A DNA stretch of 64,000 nucleotides from Candidatus Latescibacterota bacterium (GCA_965203805.1 OZ241917.1:3936001-4000000), one strand, 5' to 3'. Shown: positions 40,368 through 51,030, counted from the first letter of the stretch. The notes: generated by a model not told the origin, from the sequence alone. Program-made: numbers and translations.

Positions 40368-41456
40368 ATGAAGAAGAGACACCTGGCTGCAATGGCGGTT
40401 TTCCTGTGTCTACATGCCTGTGGATCAGATTCGCCGACGCCCTCGGAGTCTGAAGGCGATCCCGGAGGTTTTGAAGCCGTGGGAAGAATGACAATATCGA
40501 GGTTCTGGCACGTTGCGGTGCAATTGAAGGACGGCCGGGTTCTCATCGCCGGTGGTACCGAAACGGATCGACCCGGTCATTCACAGGCGGATATGTATCA
40601 CGACAGCGCGGAACTGTTCGATCTTGAAAGCGGAACATCGTCGACAACCGGAAAGATGTCGCAGGCTCGCACGCAGGACACGGCAATCCTGTTGAATGAC
40701 GGTCGGGTCGCGATGATGCGTTCGGGCAATTATCCGGTGGAGATATTCGATCCGGGAACCGGGAAATTCACGGCCGCATCATCCATCCCGACGTTCGGCC
40801 CCGGCAACAACCTGACGCTCCTCCTCAATGGAGATGTTTTCGTATCGGACGGACAGGGCAACGCGGCCATTTTCAACCCGGACACGGGAGCGTTTTCGTC
40901 GATCAAAAGGATGATCGCTTCCCGCAGCGCCTACACGGCGACCTTGATGCGCGACGGGCGTGTTTTAATCGCAGGTGGAACAAATGGCGGCGATATGGTC
41001 AGGAGTTGTGAAATCTTCGATCCTTCGACCGGGGACTTTACACGTGCCGGCGATTTGAACAACGAGCGATGGCGGCACAAAGCGATGCTGCTGCAGGACG
41101 GAAGGGTGCTGATTATTGGCGGGCGCAGGGACGACGTCGCGTCGGACGACGTGCAGCATGTGACGTCAGCTGAATTTTTCGACCCTGCAAGGGAGACGTT
41201 CGCGCCGGCCGGCGACACGGGACTGCCATCCGTCGATGCCGCGTTTCTGTTGCCCACGGGCAAGGTGTTTGTATTGTCCGGCAGAGACGTGGCGATTTAT
41301 GATCCGGCGACAGGTACTGCCACACGCACCGGACACAGCATCGGTCAGGATCGGATCCTGTATACGGTTACGCCGCTCAGCGACGGCAGGATCATGGTTT
41401 CGGGCGGGATGAAGGATCTGGTTTCGACGGATGAAGTGCTGGTCTACAAGCCATAG
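40368..41456 (+). CDS. Kelch-repeat beta-propeller lipoprotein
   Basis: Part of ORF 40224..41456. MKKRHLAAMAVFLCLHAC lipobox and DGRVLIAGG repeats. Confidence 0.85.
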   Translation: MKKRHLAAMAVFLCLHACGSDSPTPSESEGDPGGFEAVGRMTISRFWHVAVQLKDGRVLIAGGTETDRPGHSQADMYHDSAELFDLESGTSSTTGKMSQARTQDTAILLNDGRVAMMRSGNYPVEIFDPGTGKFTAASSIPTFGPGNNLTLLLNGDVFVSDGQGNAAIFNPDTGAFSSIKRMIASRSAYTATLMRDGRVLIAGGTNGGDMVRSCEIFDPSTGDFTRAGDLNNERWRHKAMLLQDGRVLIIGGRRDDVASDDVQHVTSAEFFDPARETFAPAGDTGLPSVDAAFLLPTGKVFVLSGRDVAIYDPATGTATRTGHSIGQDRILYTVTPLSDGRIMVSGGMKDLVSTDEVLVYKP

Positions 41457-41469
41457 CGGAAGGCCGGAC

Positions 41470-41504
41470 GCCTGCCTGCGCAGCGTACTGCGCTGCAGGC
41501 AGGC
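41470..41504. terminator. GC-rich hairpin between convergent genes
   Basis: GCCTGCCTGC...GCAGGCAGGC 10-bp outer stem between the Kelch gene (+) and the PepSY gene (-). No T-run. Confidence 0.4.
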
Positions 41505-41538
41505 CCACAAGGGGCGCCCGGCTGGATGACGCGACGGG

Positions 41539-42312
41539 TCATGCCTGTTCCACCCTGGACTTGCGCCGGTACGTGCGCAGCTTCACATAGGCGGGACGGA
41601 TGATGAAACCCGTAATCGCCAGTGCCAGGACGGCGATGCTCAGCACGTCCACATAGATCCACTCACCCTCGGCGCCGAAGAGGGCTTTGCCGGTGTGCAG
41701 GTCCAGAACCAACTTGCTGAAGCTGACGACCTCGGGAAGGGGGACTTCCACCATGGTTGCGTTCACGGCCGTCAGCTCCGTCCACGTCGCGCCCAGGTCC
41801 GCGGTGACGAAGAGGCCGTTGCTGCCCTGTATGTGGACGATGCGACCATCTTCTGCAAAGGTTGCCGCTCCTCTGAAGTTGGAAATGCGCTTCCACTGCT
41901 CCGCCTCGAAGAGCCAGGTGCTTTCCCGCGTGCCGACCAGGATGCGCTCTCCCTGTTGGTCGATGTTGAAGATGTCCAGGCCCTCCAATTCCGGAACGCT
42001 GCGGTATTCGCTCCCACTCAGGTGAAGCAACCCTTTGCGCGTCCCGATGTACACCTCCTCATTGCCTGCAAGCAGGGCGCACTTGATCTGTCCCAGGCGA
42101 CTGGCGCTGGTCTGGTAGCCGGGAAACCACCGGCTGGGCACGCCCACGCTGCCCAGGCCCCAGCCGCTGAGATGCTCCAGCAGGATCGCGGTCACGCACA
42201 CGAGCACCGTGAAGACCAGTGCGAAGATGGAGGTCCAGGCATGCCAGCGGCGAACGCCTTTCTTGTAGCGTCCCTTCACTTGTCGGCGGCCCCGGGCCGT
42301 GCTCTCGTTCAT
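41539..42312 (-). CDS. PepSY-associated TM helix domain protein
   Basis: RRWHAWTSIFALVFTVLVCVTAILLEH and LVLDLHTGK...ITGF. GAGGAGG RBS before the ATG at 42312. Directly downstream of a TonB-dependent receptor. Confidence 0.8.
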   Translation of the reverse strand: MNESTARGRRQVKGRYKKGVRRWHAWTSIFALVFTVLVCVTAILLEHLSGWGLGSVGVPSRWFPGYQTSASRLGQIKCALLAGNEEVYIGTRKGLLHLSGSEYRSVPELEGLDIFNIDQQGERILVGTRESTWLFEAEQWKRISNFRGAATFAEDGRIVHIQGSNGLFVTADLGATWTELTAVNATMVEVPLPEVVSFSKLVLDLHTGKALFGAEGEWIYVDVLSIAVLALAITGFIIRPAYVKLRTYRRKSRVEQA

Positions 42313-42338
42313 CGCTTTTTCCTCCTCAAAGGACGCAT

Positions 42339-44645
42339 TCACAGGCTATAGCCGAGTGACAGCAGAAAGTTCCTGGGCGTTCCCGGCATGATCCGGTCAC
42401 GACGCCATGCGTTCTGGTAGTACCCCACATCGGTGAGGTTTTTGACGCTCAGATCCACTCTCAGGGTCTGCAGCCGGTAGGTGAGGGTGGCATCGACCCG
42501 CACGTAATCGTCAAGGAGGAAGTCATTGTTCAGATTGCCCTGGCGCTCTCCGGTATAGATCACGCCCAGTCCCACCGCCAGACCATTCGTATGGCGGTAG
42601 TTGCACCACAGACTGGCGCTGTGTTCGGGCGTATTGTCGAGATGGTTGTCCTCCCACGCGGGGCGGTCAGCATCCCTTTCGATGCGCGCGTCCACATACG
42701 CATAACTGGCGATAGCACGCAGTTGGGGGATCGGCTGCGCGGTCAGGTCGAGATCGAGGCCCCGGCTGCGCTGGCGCCCGATCTGAACGCGGTAAATGCG
42801 GTAGCGGGGATTGGTTTCGACTACGTTGGTGCGTGCCAGATCGTACAGCGCCAGCGTCGCGCTCAGGCGGTTGTCGGCGTCGGTCCACCGTCCTCCCACC
42901 TCCAATTGCGCCGCCAACTCGGGGTCGACCGGTACGACCATGTCTGGAGTTATCGGTGTGGTGTCGTCCTCCGGTTCATCGAGGATCTTCTCGCCCGACT
43001 TCGGCCTGAAAGAGCGGCTGTAGCTGGAGTAAAGGGAGAGACCACCACCGGGCTTGTAGACGACGCCCAAGCGCGGGCTCAAACTGCCGTCACTGCGGTC
43101 GTGGGTTCTGTAGGAACCGCGCTGGTTCGTACGTTCGTCGAAATCGACCCCGTCATAGCGCAAGCCCCCCAGCAGAACCCATTGGTCGCCGAGTTCCACC
43201 AGGTCTTGCAGGTACATGCCCCAACTGGTCTCTTCGCGCTCGCGGTTGCGGAAGAGGGCGAAATCCTGGGGAATGGTCAGTCCGTAGTACGGCTCCGGAT
43301 CGTAGATGTCGATCTTCAGCGCGTCGGCATCCTCCGCTTCCGGCGTGCCCTCTCGATGGACCCGATCGCCGAGCACTTCACGCTCTTTGTAGAAGGAGAG
43401 TGCCACGCCCAATAACAGCGTATGCCGAAGAGTACCCCCCTTCTGCTTGTAGCTCAGGTCGTGACGCATCGTGGTCTCGCGATAGAAGATCTCGTTGTCG
43501 TAAATGGCGCGATTGAGCAGGTTGGTGTCGCTGTCCGGATGTCCTGCGCCACCTGGCAGGCCAACGACACCGCCCCGCATGGCTTCAACCGACATTTGCT
43601 CGCGATCCCATGTGGTCTTGTAGTGGCTGAGGGCCGACGTGTGCGTCAGGCTACGAGTCCAGTTCCGGGTCGCGCGAACGGTGACCGCGCCGTTTCTCAT
43701 GGTTTCCTTGTTGTAGAGCGGATCTCCGTAGAAGCGATCGATGGGTACCGACGCAGGCTGATCCAGGATCGCGACGATGCCGGCATCGGCCGTTCTCTCG
43801 TCGCGCAACAACTCCAGATTCAGTTCCAGCGCTGTCGATTGAGACCAGCCCCAGTAGACGGAAGGGTTGACGTACCAGCGATCCTGCTCGACGAAATCGC
43901 GGAAACTCTCCGCTGTCAATCGGGAGCCGTACAGCCTGTAAAGCACTCTTCCCTCGTTGTCGAGCGGACCGGACGCCGAAAATCGGGGGCTGATGTGGCC
44001 ATAGCTGCCCGCGCTCAGGTGCAACTGGCGCGTGGAGGTTGTAGACGGTTGGGGGGTAATGGTGTTAATAATCCCCCCCGGCTCGATCGCGCCATAGAGG
44101 ATGGAGGCCGGGCCCTTGAGCACCTCCACCCGTTCGAGATTGCCCGGCTCAGCGGCAAACCGATTGTAGTACGGCACGCCATTGTGGTAGTAGTTACGCC
44201 TGGGATCCAACCGGAAGCCGCGAATGACGAAATCTTCGGAGACTGCCGAATTCGTACCGCGACTGAAAACGCCGCTCACATTCTTCAGGCCGTCCCAAAG
44301 GGTGGTGGCCAGCTGATCTTCGAGTACCTGTCTCTTGATCGTCAGAACGGATTGCGGTGTGTCTTCCAGCGGAATGGGAACCCCGAGAGCCGTGCCGCTG
44401 TGGGTGAAGGAATAGCCCGTATCGGGATCGGCGGAGACGACCAACTCAGGCAGGGTATACACCCTTGTTTCCTGCGAGGAATAGCCCGTGTCAGGTTCGG
44501 CGGAGACGACCGCGGCAGTCTCGACTGCTTCTTGCTCGGCCCAGGCGGGACTGAACAGGGGGCTGAGGATAACGGCCGAGAAAAGGGGAATGGCTCGAAC
44601 TCTTGAGGCGCTCAGCAACAACCAAAACTTCCGAAACGCTTGCAT
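42339..44645 (-). CDS. TonB-dependent (siderophore/metal-type) receptor
   Basis: Plug motifs DTPQSV, FVIRGF, NLERVEVLKGPASILYG..EPGGIIN. C-terminal KNLTD..Y...PGTPRNFLLSLGYSL. Confidence 0.92.
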   Translation of the reverse strand: MQAFRKFWLLLSASRVRAIPLFSAVILSPLFSPAWAEQEAVETAAVVSAEPDTGYSSQETRVYTLPELVVSADPDTGYSFTHSGTALGVPIPLEDTPQSVLTIKRQVLEDQLATTLWDGLKNVSGVFSRGTNSAVSEDFVIRGFRLDPRRNYYHNGVPYYNRFAAEPGNLERVEVLKGPASILYGAIEPGGIINTITPQPSTTSTRQLHLSAGSYGHISPRFSASGPLDNEGRVLYRLYGSRLTAESFRDFVEQDRWYVNPSVYWGWSQSTALELNLELLRDERTADAGIVAILDQPASVPIDRFYGDPLYNKETMRNGAVTVRATRNWTRSLTHTSALSHYKTTWDREQMSVEAMRGGVVGLPGGAGHPDSDTNLLNRAIYDNEIFYRETTMRHDLSYKQKGGTLRHTLLLGVALSFYKEREVLGDRVHREGTPEAEDADALKIDIYDPEPYYGLTIPQDFALFRNREREETSWGMYLQDLVELGDQWVLLGGLRYDGVDFDERTNQRGSYRTHDRSDGSLSPRLGVVYKPGGGLSLYSSYSRSFRPKSGEKILDEPEDDTTPITPDMVVPVDPELAAQLEVGGRWTDADNRLSATLALYDLARTNVVETNPRYRIYRVQIGRQRSRGLDLDLTAQPIPQLRAIASYAYVDARIERDADRPAWEDNHLDNTPEHSASLWCNYRHTNGLAVGLGVIYTGERQGNLNNDFLLDDYVRVDATLTYRLQTLRVDLSVKNLTDVGYYQNAWRRDRIMPGTPRNFLLSLGYSL

Positions 44646-44680
44646 TTCTCTTCCTGTCGTGTGCGCAAATGCGCGTGTGT

Positions 44681-44706
44681 ATTGATAATGATTATTCATT
44701 ATCAAT
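44681..44706. promoter_or_regulatory. Fur-family operator palindrome (11-4-11)
   Basis: ATTGATAATGA-TTAT-TCATTATCAAT is a perfect inverted repeat about 36 bp upstream of the receptor ATG. It resembles the Fur box GATAATGATAATCATTATC with one extra base. Confidence 0.8.
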
Positions 44707-44847
44707 AAGAAATGGAATTCACGATCACATCCGTACCTTTTTTCATGATCGAAGGTACAGGATCACAAAGACGAGCGGATGTTCGGTCTCTCGTGGCGGC
44801 CACCGGACATGACAGGAGCACAACCGCCGGAAAGCCCGCTTCTAAAC

Positions 44848-44867
44848 GATAATGATAATTCATTATC
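44848..44867. promoter_or_regulatory. Second Fur-family operator palindrome (8-4-8)
   Basis: GATAATGA-TAAT-TCATTATC. Confidence 0.75.
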
Positions 44868-44974
44868 ACTAAATAGGCAAGAAAAAATATCCGGGATACC
44901 GGTTGTGCGCAGCCTTTCGGGGTGAATCGATTCACATCTACCGCGCCTCGAACCTGGAGGCCGGTGGATCGGCA

Positions 44975-46000
44975 TTAGGCCGCCGGCCGGACCTCGAAGA
45001 TAACCACCTTGCCATCTCGCTGTCCAACTGCCAGCCTGCCCCCACGGCGCCACCGCAAGCAACTTGCGGATGATGAAAGCAGAAGCCCGCCAATGACCTT
45101 GTCGTGCTCGATGGGATCCCACACAAAGAGCCATCCATCCGCGTCTGCCGAGGCCAGCAACTTCCCATCGGGCTGAAAGACCAACTGAGTCAGCTTGCTG
45201 GAATGCGCGTCGTACTGGCGTGGTTTCCGGCCCGCCGGCCCTTTCCCGCTGCAATCCCACAGACAAACCGATTCGCCGCCGCCGGTTGCCAGCCATCGCC
45301 CGCTGGAATCCCAACTCAACTCGAGCACCTTGGTAGGGAAGCCCCACATCTGCGCGTCTTCGCCGGACTTCACATGCCAGAAATGGACCGTCGAATCTTG
45401 TTCGCCGGTTGCAATGTACTTCGCGTCGGGACTCCATGCCAGGACAAGGCTCGAACCTTTCCAGGTGTACTTCCGCGGCCGGCGCTGCCTGCCGGGAACA
45501 TGCAGGGTGATCCCGTTGTAAGCAGCCGCGGCGATCCCGGATCCGTCAGGATTCCATCCTACATCGGCGATTGTGCTTGCGTGTTCAGAAGACTCATAGA
45601 AAGGCTCGCGTTTGTCGTTCCAAACCTTGAGATGCCGGCCGGCAGCCGTTGCCAGAACATTGCGACGAGGATTGTAAACCGCCTTGCCGACCCACGGATC
45701 GCCCGCATGCAACTCGCTTAGAAGCTGCCCCGATTTCGCGTCCCAGCATTTCACCATCCCGTCGTGCCCGGTCGTGGCGAACTCCGTCCCGTCGGGACGC
45801 CAGGACAGCGAATTCGCGCCACCGGCATGTTGGCCAATGAGCCTGGGTTGTGCCGAATCGCCGTGGTCGTCGATCAGGGATACCGAACCTTCCACCGTCA
45901 CCGCGCCTAGCCTGGACGCATCGGGGGACCAGGCGATATCGATGATATAGTCGTCCAACGCGACACACCAGGACTCCGCGAGCAGTCCCTCGTTCAGCAT
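44975..46000 (-). CDS. WD40 repeat protein of the type found beside COG0523 genes
   Basis: Part of ORF 44975..46105. Repeats AWSPD, WRPDG..FATTGHDGMVKCWD, DGWLFVWD. Confidence 0.88.
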   Translation of the reverse strand: MLNEGLLAESWCVALDDYIIDIAWSPDASRLGAVTVEGSVSLIDDHGDSAQPRLIGQHAGGANSLSWRPDGTEFATTGHDGMVKCWDAKSGQLLSELHAGDPWVGKAVYNPRRNVLATAAGRHLKVWNDKREPFYESSEHASTIADVGWNPDGSGIAAAAYNGITLHVPGRQRRPRKYTWKGSSLVLAWSPDAKYIATGEQDSTVHFWHVKSGEDAQMWGFPTKVLELSWDSSGRWLATGGGESVCLWDCSGKGPAGRKPRQYDAHSSKLTQLVFQPDGKLLASADADGWLFVWDPIEHDKVIGGLLLSSSASCLRWRRGGRLAVGQRDGKVVIFEVRPAA

Positions 46001-46008
46001 AGAATGAT

Positions 46009-47352
46009 CTACGTCAAGCATGCGCTGAACCCTGCATTGAGTGCCTCGCGATCCAGATTGCGACCGATAAAGATCAGCGAGTTGCTTCGCTCTCCCTCGC
46101 GCCACGGTCGATCCACACGACCATCGAACAGCATGTGAACGCCCTGGAACACGTACCGTTTCTCTTCGCCGCCAAACGCCAACACGCCTTTCATGCGGAA
46201 GATGTCCGGACCCTGGTTGGCAAGCAAATCTTGTAACCAGCCTTCGAACTTTCCGAGATCCAGATCGCCCGGCGTGTTGATTGCCACCGACGTCACCTCT
46301 TCGTCATGCTCGTGGTCCGGCTTGTATTCGCGCGTGAACAGAGCTTCGACGCGATCACCTTCTCCGTCGGTAACGAATGCTTCGAACTCATCAGGATGAT
46401 GCTCGGTGAATAGCGTGTACGCACCCGCCACCGGGACTCGCAAGACGTAAACCGGTTCGTCTCCTTCAAGATCGATTTGGCTCAACTGCTCACCCGGTTC
46501 GATCACCGCGCCGGATTGCAGGTCGATTTCATCGTCCGAGAAAACGAGCACCGCCTCTTCGACGGTGTCACGCATGGCCGACTCGGTCGCCGCCGAAGCG
46601 GAGCGAAAGTTCAATTTCATCGCTGGGTCCGGGCCCGGCTTCAGCACCAATCGATGGTCGCCCGCTGGAAGGTCGAACACACCACTCCATTCAAACGGAT
46701 ACTCGGGTTCCATGAATTTCGGATCGACGTCGAGAGCCCTATCCAGATCGAAACCACCGAGATTGAGCACCCTATCCATGTCGATCGCCGCGTCGCGGGT
46801 GCGAAAAATCCTGGCCGCCGCGTTCATCGAGTGAATTCGGGATTCCAGTTGGTCAAGCTCGGCGGATGAAACCAGATCGACTTTGTTCAGTAGAATCACA
46901 TCGGCGAACGCGATCTGCTCCCTCACTTCGTCGCTGTCGTCGATATGCAAGAGCACATGCTTGGAATCGACCAACGTAACGACGCCGTCCAGGCTCAGTG
47001 CCTCACGGAGCTCGTCATCCATGAAGAACGTTTGCGCGACCGGCCCCGGATCAGCCATCCCGGTCGTCTCGATCATGATGTGGTCAAACCTGTCCCGACG
47101 TTTCATCAAGTTGCCGAGGATGCGAATCAAGTCTCCCCGGACGGTGCAACAGATGCAGCCGTTGTTCATTTCGAAGATCTCTTCTTCAGCTCCGATCACC
47201 AGGTCGTTATCGACGCCGATCTCACCGAATTCGTTTTCGATCACGGCAATTCGTTTGCCGTGGTTTTCGGATAGAATTCGATTGAGCAAGGTGGTCTTGC
47301 CGGATCCCAGGAAACCGGTGAGCACGGTTACGGGAACAGTTTCTTCCGTCAT
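46009..47352 (-). CDS. COG0523 / CobW-family G3E GTPase metallochaperone
   Basis: [40 protein letters not shown] and the CobW_C motif IFRMKG...VFQGVH. GGAGGA RBS. Confidence 0.93.
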   Translation of the reverse strand: MTEETVPVTVLTGFLGSGKTTLLNRILSENHGKRIAVIENEFGEIGVDNDLVIGAEEEIFEMNNGCICCTVRGDLIRILGNLMKRRDRFDHIMIETTGMADPGPVAQTFFMDDELREALSLDGVVTLVDSKHVLLHIDDSDEVREQIAFADVILLNKVDLVSSAELDQLESRIHSMNAAARIFRTRDAAIDMDRVLNLGGFDLDRALDVDPKFMEPEYPFEWSGVFDLPAGDHRLVLKPGPDPAMKLNFRSASAATESAMRDTVEEAVLVFSDDEIDLQSGAVIEPGEQLSQIDLEGDEPVYVLRVPVAGAYTLFTEHHPDEFEAFVTDGEGDRVEALFTREYKPDHEHDEEVTSVAINTPGDLDLGKFEGWLQDLLANQGPDIFRMKGVLAFGGEEKRYVFQGVHMLFDGRVDRPWREGERSNSLIFIGRNLDREALNAGFSACLT

Positions 47353-47381
47353 TGCATCTTCCTCCTTTTGGTCTTGGATGA

Positions 47382-47756
47382 CTACGAACTGCATTTGCTG
47401 CATTGTCCATACAGCGTGATCTCGTGCCTTTCGACCTCGAAGCCCGGCGGCGCCAGCTTCTCGATCCCCCCCGGACACCCGCTGATATCGAACGCTTCCT
47501 CGCACTCACGACAGAGAAAATGGTGATGATGAGTCCTGTCGGTCAGCTCGTAACGCGCGTCGTTGACGCCCAGTTCCACGACCCGCACTTCACCGGCCTC
47601 TTGGAGGCGCCTGAGCTGCCGATAAACCGTCGCAATGCCCAGCGTCGGCACGATGCGGGATGCCAGGTCCAGGATTTCCCGGGGGCTGAGCGGGCCGGGG
47701 GCGTCGCGCACAACCCGCACTATGGCACTGCGTTGGCTGGTGCGTCTGTTGCTCAT
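47382..47756 (-). CDS. Fur-family transcriptional regulator (Zur-like by context)
   Basis: [27 protein letters not shown]-terminal GQCSKC. AGGAGG RBS. Confidence 0.9.
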   Translation of the reverse strand: MSNRRTSQRSAIVRVVRDAPGPLSPREILDLASRIVPTLGIATVYRQLRRLQEAGEVRVVELGVNDARYELTDRTHHHHFLCRECEEAFDISGCPGGIEKLAPPGFEVERHEITLYGQCSKCSS

Positions 47757-47932
47757 GAGGATACCTCCTGACAGCGGCGGCCTGTCAGTCCGTTGAAAGA
47801 GTCCATCCGGTCTGCGTCCGGCCCTTGTGACCGAAATACGGCGTTGCCTTCCTGCGCCAGGCAACGCGCGGCAGGCAGGCGCTCCCTCCCCGAATCCAGG
47901 GATTCGCGCCGGTCGCCTGCAGAGCGGCTTCT

Positions 47933-48400
47933 TCAGCGGACTGCTATGGTGGGTGACTGTGACTGCCTGCAATCGGATTTCTCACAGGGTTCGGAAACAG
48001 CGAACCGTTCAAATCGGTGGCGATTCAGTTCAGCGGGCAGTTCGAGTAAAACATCCGCGTCACGCGAGGCGACGGCCCAATCCAGGAGCAACTCGTATTG
48101 CCACGGTTCCTGGATGCCGCCAAACCACTGCGTCCCCTGAGATGAGATCACACAAACGACATTGGCCAGATCGCACGGGCCTAGGCATCCGGAGATCGTC
48201 AGTTGCACCGACCTGGCGAGTCTCGCCTCTTTCCACTGTTTTTTGATCCAGTCGCGGGGGAACGGCTTGAACCCCTTGTCTGTACGACCGCAGCAACAGC
48301 CTTCGCAGAACACGATCTGACCAAGAACGCGGCTTCGTGCCGTAGCCAATGCTTCGTGTCTGCCGAGCGTTTCGTCGATGCGTTCAGTCTGAGCATTCAT
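47933..48400 (-). CDS. Thioredoxin-like (2Fe-2S) ferredoxin-fold protein, CbiW-like
   Basis: FCEGCCCG and SGCLGPCDLANVV cysteine motifs. Confidence 0.65.
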   Translation of the reverse strand: MNAQTERIDETLGRHEALATARSRVLGQIVFCEGCCCGRTDKGFKPFPRDWIKKQWKEARLARSVQLTISGCLGPCDLANVVCVISSQGTQWFGGIQEPWQYELLLDWAVASRDADVLLELPAELNRHRFERFAVSEPCEKSDCRQSQSPTIAVR

Positions 48401-48462
48401 GTGCGTGCCTTCTTTGGCCGCTGGATACCGGACCGGTTTGACGGACTTCAGTTGGCCGGCCG

Positions 48463-49371
48463 TCAGTACGCCCGTTTTCCTGTGGCGAATTGCGATTGTT
48501 GGCCGAGCGCTTGAATCAGCGTTCCCAGATTGTGCTCGAACATCTTCTCGTAGCTGGTCGCGGGGCCGCCGCGTTCCGAGAGCGCGTCGGAGAACAGCCG
48601 GCCGGCGATCTGAATTCCGGTTTCGCGCGCGATCTGTTGAATCAGGGACGGGCTGGTGATGTTCTCAACGAACAGCGCGCCGGCGCCGACTTCCTTGAGG
48701 TGATCGATCAGCCTGGCGAGGTCCCGTGCCGACGGCTCGGCATCGGTGTCGATCCCGACCGGGGCCAGAAACGTGAGCCCATAGGCTGCCTCAAGGTACC
48801 CGAAGGCATCGTGGGCGGTCACGACTGTGCGCCGGTCGGCGGGCAGTTTCTTGAGTTGATCGAGCGCACGGTTGTGCAATTCCTCGAGTCCGGCAGTGTA
48901 GGCGCGGGCGTTGGCCTTGTAGACTTCCGCATTCTTCGGATCGATTTCCGCCATGCCGTCCGCAATATTGGCGACATACTTCATGCCGTTCGTGAGTGAA
49001 TTCCAGGCATGCGGGTCGATTTCGCCGTCAACCCTCAAAGGCGTTATGCCATCCGTCGCGACGAACACTCTGGCTTTGGTACCGGATGTTTCGATCAGGG
49101 TTTGCGACCAGGTCTCGAAGCCCAGACCGTTGACAAAGATCACCTCAGCGTTTGTCACTGCTTTGGCGTCGGCCGCGTTGGGCGTGTAAACGTGCGCATC
49201 CGCGTCCGGGCCGACAATGGTTGTCACCTCGGCCAAATCGCCGGTGGCCTGGCGCACCATATCTCCGAGGATGGAAAAGCTGGCGACAACCTTGATTTTG
49301 TCCTGGGCGGCCGCCGGGATCAAGGTCAAAACCAGGCCCGCCAGCAGCAGTGCCGGGAAGCGTCTTTGCAT
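48463..49371 (-). CDS. znuA: Cluster A-I metal ABC transporter substrate-binding protein (ZnuA/AztC/TroA type)
   Basis: Signal peptide, VVASFSILGDMV, DAHVY, DPHAW, AHDAFGY, SDAL (3 His + Asp ligand set). Metal specificity not proven. Confidence 0.88.
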   Translation of the reverse strand: MQRRFPALLLAGLVLTLIPAAAQDKIKVVASFSILGDMVRQATGDLAEVTTIVGPDADAHVYTPNAADAKAVTNAEVIFVNGLGFETWSQTLIETSGTKARVFVATDGITPLRVDGEIDPHAWNSLTNGMKYVANIADGMAEIDPKNAEVYKANARAYTAGLEELHNRALDQLKKLPADRRTVVTAHDAFGYLEAAYGLTFLAPVGIDTDAEPSARDLARLIDHLKEVGAGALFVENITSPSLIQQIARETGIQIAGRLFSDALSERGGPATSYEKMFEHNLGTLIQALGQQSQFATGKRAY

Positions 49372-49412
49372 GGGTCTTTCCCTTGGTTTGAGTTCTGGTT
49401 GGTGGACAGGGG

Positions 49413-50261
49413 TTAGCGGCGGTACGGATTGAGGCGTGCGCCGACATGAAATCCTTGCGGTGCGAAGTTCAGGCTGAAGATGAAAAAGACCGCCGCAACC
49501 AGCACGATTGCGGGACCTGCCGGCACGTCCGGCAAATAGAACGACACGATCAGCCCGATCCAGCAGCTCAGCAGCGCGCACGTGAAGGTCACGATCAAAT
49601 AGCCGGTGATCGTCGAGACCCAGTAACGCGCCGCCGTCGCCGGCAGGATCATCAGCCCCACCGCCATCAGCGTGCCGAGCGCCTTGAAGGCCCCCAACAG
49701 ATTGAGCACGACCAGAAACATGAACCAGTGAGTCACGAGGCCCGGGCGCCTGGACTGGCTCTCATGGAAGACCGGATCGATTGTATTGATGATCAGCGGC
49801 CTGATGATCAGCGCGAAGCTCACCAGTGTGATTGTAGCCGTCGTCCCGATCAGAATGAGGGTTTCGTCGTCGATACCGAGGATCGAACCGAAGAGGAAAC
49901 TCTTCAGCGGCACCGCGGAGCCGGCGGCGGACAAGATGAAGATGCCGAGCGCAAGGGCGATCAGGTAGAGCGACGCCAGACTCGCATCCTCGCGGATGAT
50001 CGTCATACGGGCGAGCAGGCTGGTCAGCGCGGCGATGGTGATACCGGCGGCCAACCCGCCAACGATCATGGATCCCACCGACAGACCGGCGATCACGAAA
50101 GCGATGGCGATTCCCGGTACGATGGCGTGAGCCATCGCCTCGCCGGCGAGCGACAGGCGCCTGAGCACCAGGAATGCTCCGACCGGGGCGACGGAGAAAC
50201 TCAGCACCGTCGTCGCGGTCAGTGCCCGGACCATGAACGCGTAGTCGAGCCACTCAAACAT
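49413..50261 (-). CDS. znuB: Metal ABC transporter permease (ZnuB/AztB type)
   Basis: FMVRAL, GAFLVLRRLSLAGEAMAHAIVPG, FLFGSIL, PAATAR, PAGPAIVL. Confidence 0.9.
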   Translation of the reverse strand: MFEWLDYAFMVRALTATTVLSFSVAPVGAFLVLRRLSLAGEAMAHAIVPGIAIAFVIAGLSVGSMIVGGLAAGITIAALTSLLARMTIIREDASLASLYLIALALGIFILSAAGSAVPLKSFLFGSILGIDDETLILIGTTATITLVSFALIIRPLIINTIDPVFHESQSRRPGLVTHWFMFLVVLNLLGAFKALGTLMAVGLMILPATAARYWVSTITGYLIVTFTCALLSCWIGLIVSFYLPDVPAGPAIVLVAAVFFIFSLNFAPQGFHVGARLNPYRR

Positions 50262-51015
50262 CGTTTGCTTTCGATTGCAGGTACATGCCTTCGATCCAGG
50301 CGGCCTGGCTTTGCGACAGGTACCGGTAAGCGACCAGATTGTGGGGCGTAAGCGTTTCTTTCGGAGCACCGAAAAGCGCGCGGCCGTCTCCCAGGAGCAG
50401 CGCTGAGGTGCAATGTTGCAGAACGGCGGAAAGATCGTGCAGAACCAGGATGATCGTGCGTCCTTCCGCGGCCCAGCTGTCGATCAACGCCAGCAGAGCC
50501 GCTTCCGTTGACTGGTCGACCGCCGTAAACGGCTCATCCAACAGGATCAGCGGCGCATCCTGAACCATGGTCCGGGCAAATAGCGCCCGTTGCAACTGAC
50601 CCGCGGATAGTTTGTGCAAAGGCATGTCGGCGATCTCGGCTGTGCCCGTGCGCTCGAGCGCGCACCTGATCCGAGCCCGGCACTCACTATCGATGCGGCC
50701 GAGAAACCCCAGGTTGGGCCACGCGCCCATTGCCGCCACGTCGCGGGCCCGGATGGGAAAGCGGCTGTCGAACTCGGTTCTCTGGCCCAGATAGGCAATT
50801 GTCCGCGGCCGCCCGGTGGGCCAGTTGAGCGTGCCGGCAAGTGGCGGCAAGGCGCCCAACAGTGTTTTGATCAGGGTCGATTTTCCCGATCCGTTGTGAC
50901 CGACAACAGCGAGCACATCGCCGAGCGCAAGGTTGAACGCGACGTCTTCAGCGACGGTCTCGGTCCCATAGCCGAGCGCGAGTCCGGTTGCCGAAAGGAG
51001 GTTTGGGTTCGCCAT
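50254..51015 (-). CDS. znuC: Metal ABC transporter ATP-binding protein (ZnuC/AztA type)
   Basis: Walker A GHNGSGKST, signature LSAGQLQR, Walker B LILLDEPF, VLHD. Confidence 0.92.
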   Translation of the reverse strand: MANPNLLSATGLALGYGTETVAEDVAFNLALGDVLAVVGHNGSGKSTLIKTLLGALPPLAGTLNWPTGRPRTIAYLGQRTEFDSRFPIRARDVAAMGAWPNLGFLGRIDSECRARIRCALERTGTAEIADMPLHKLSAGQLQRALFARTMVQDAPLILLDEPFTAVDQSTEAALLALIDSWAAEGRTIILVLHDLSAVLQHCTSALLLGDGRALFGAPKETLTPHNLVAYRYLSQSQAAWIEGMYLQSKANDV

Positions 51016-51030
51016 CGGCTCTTGTCGGAC

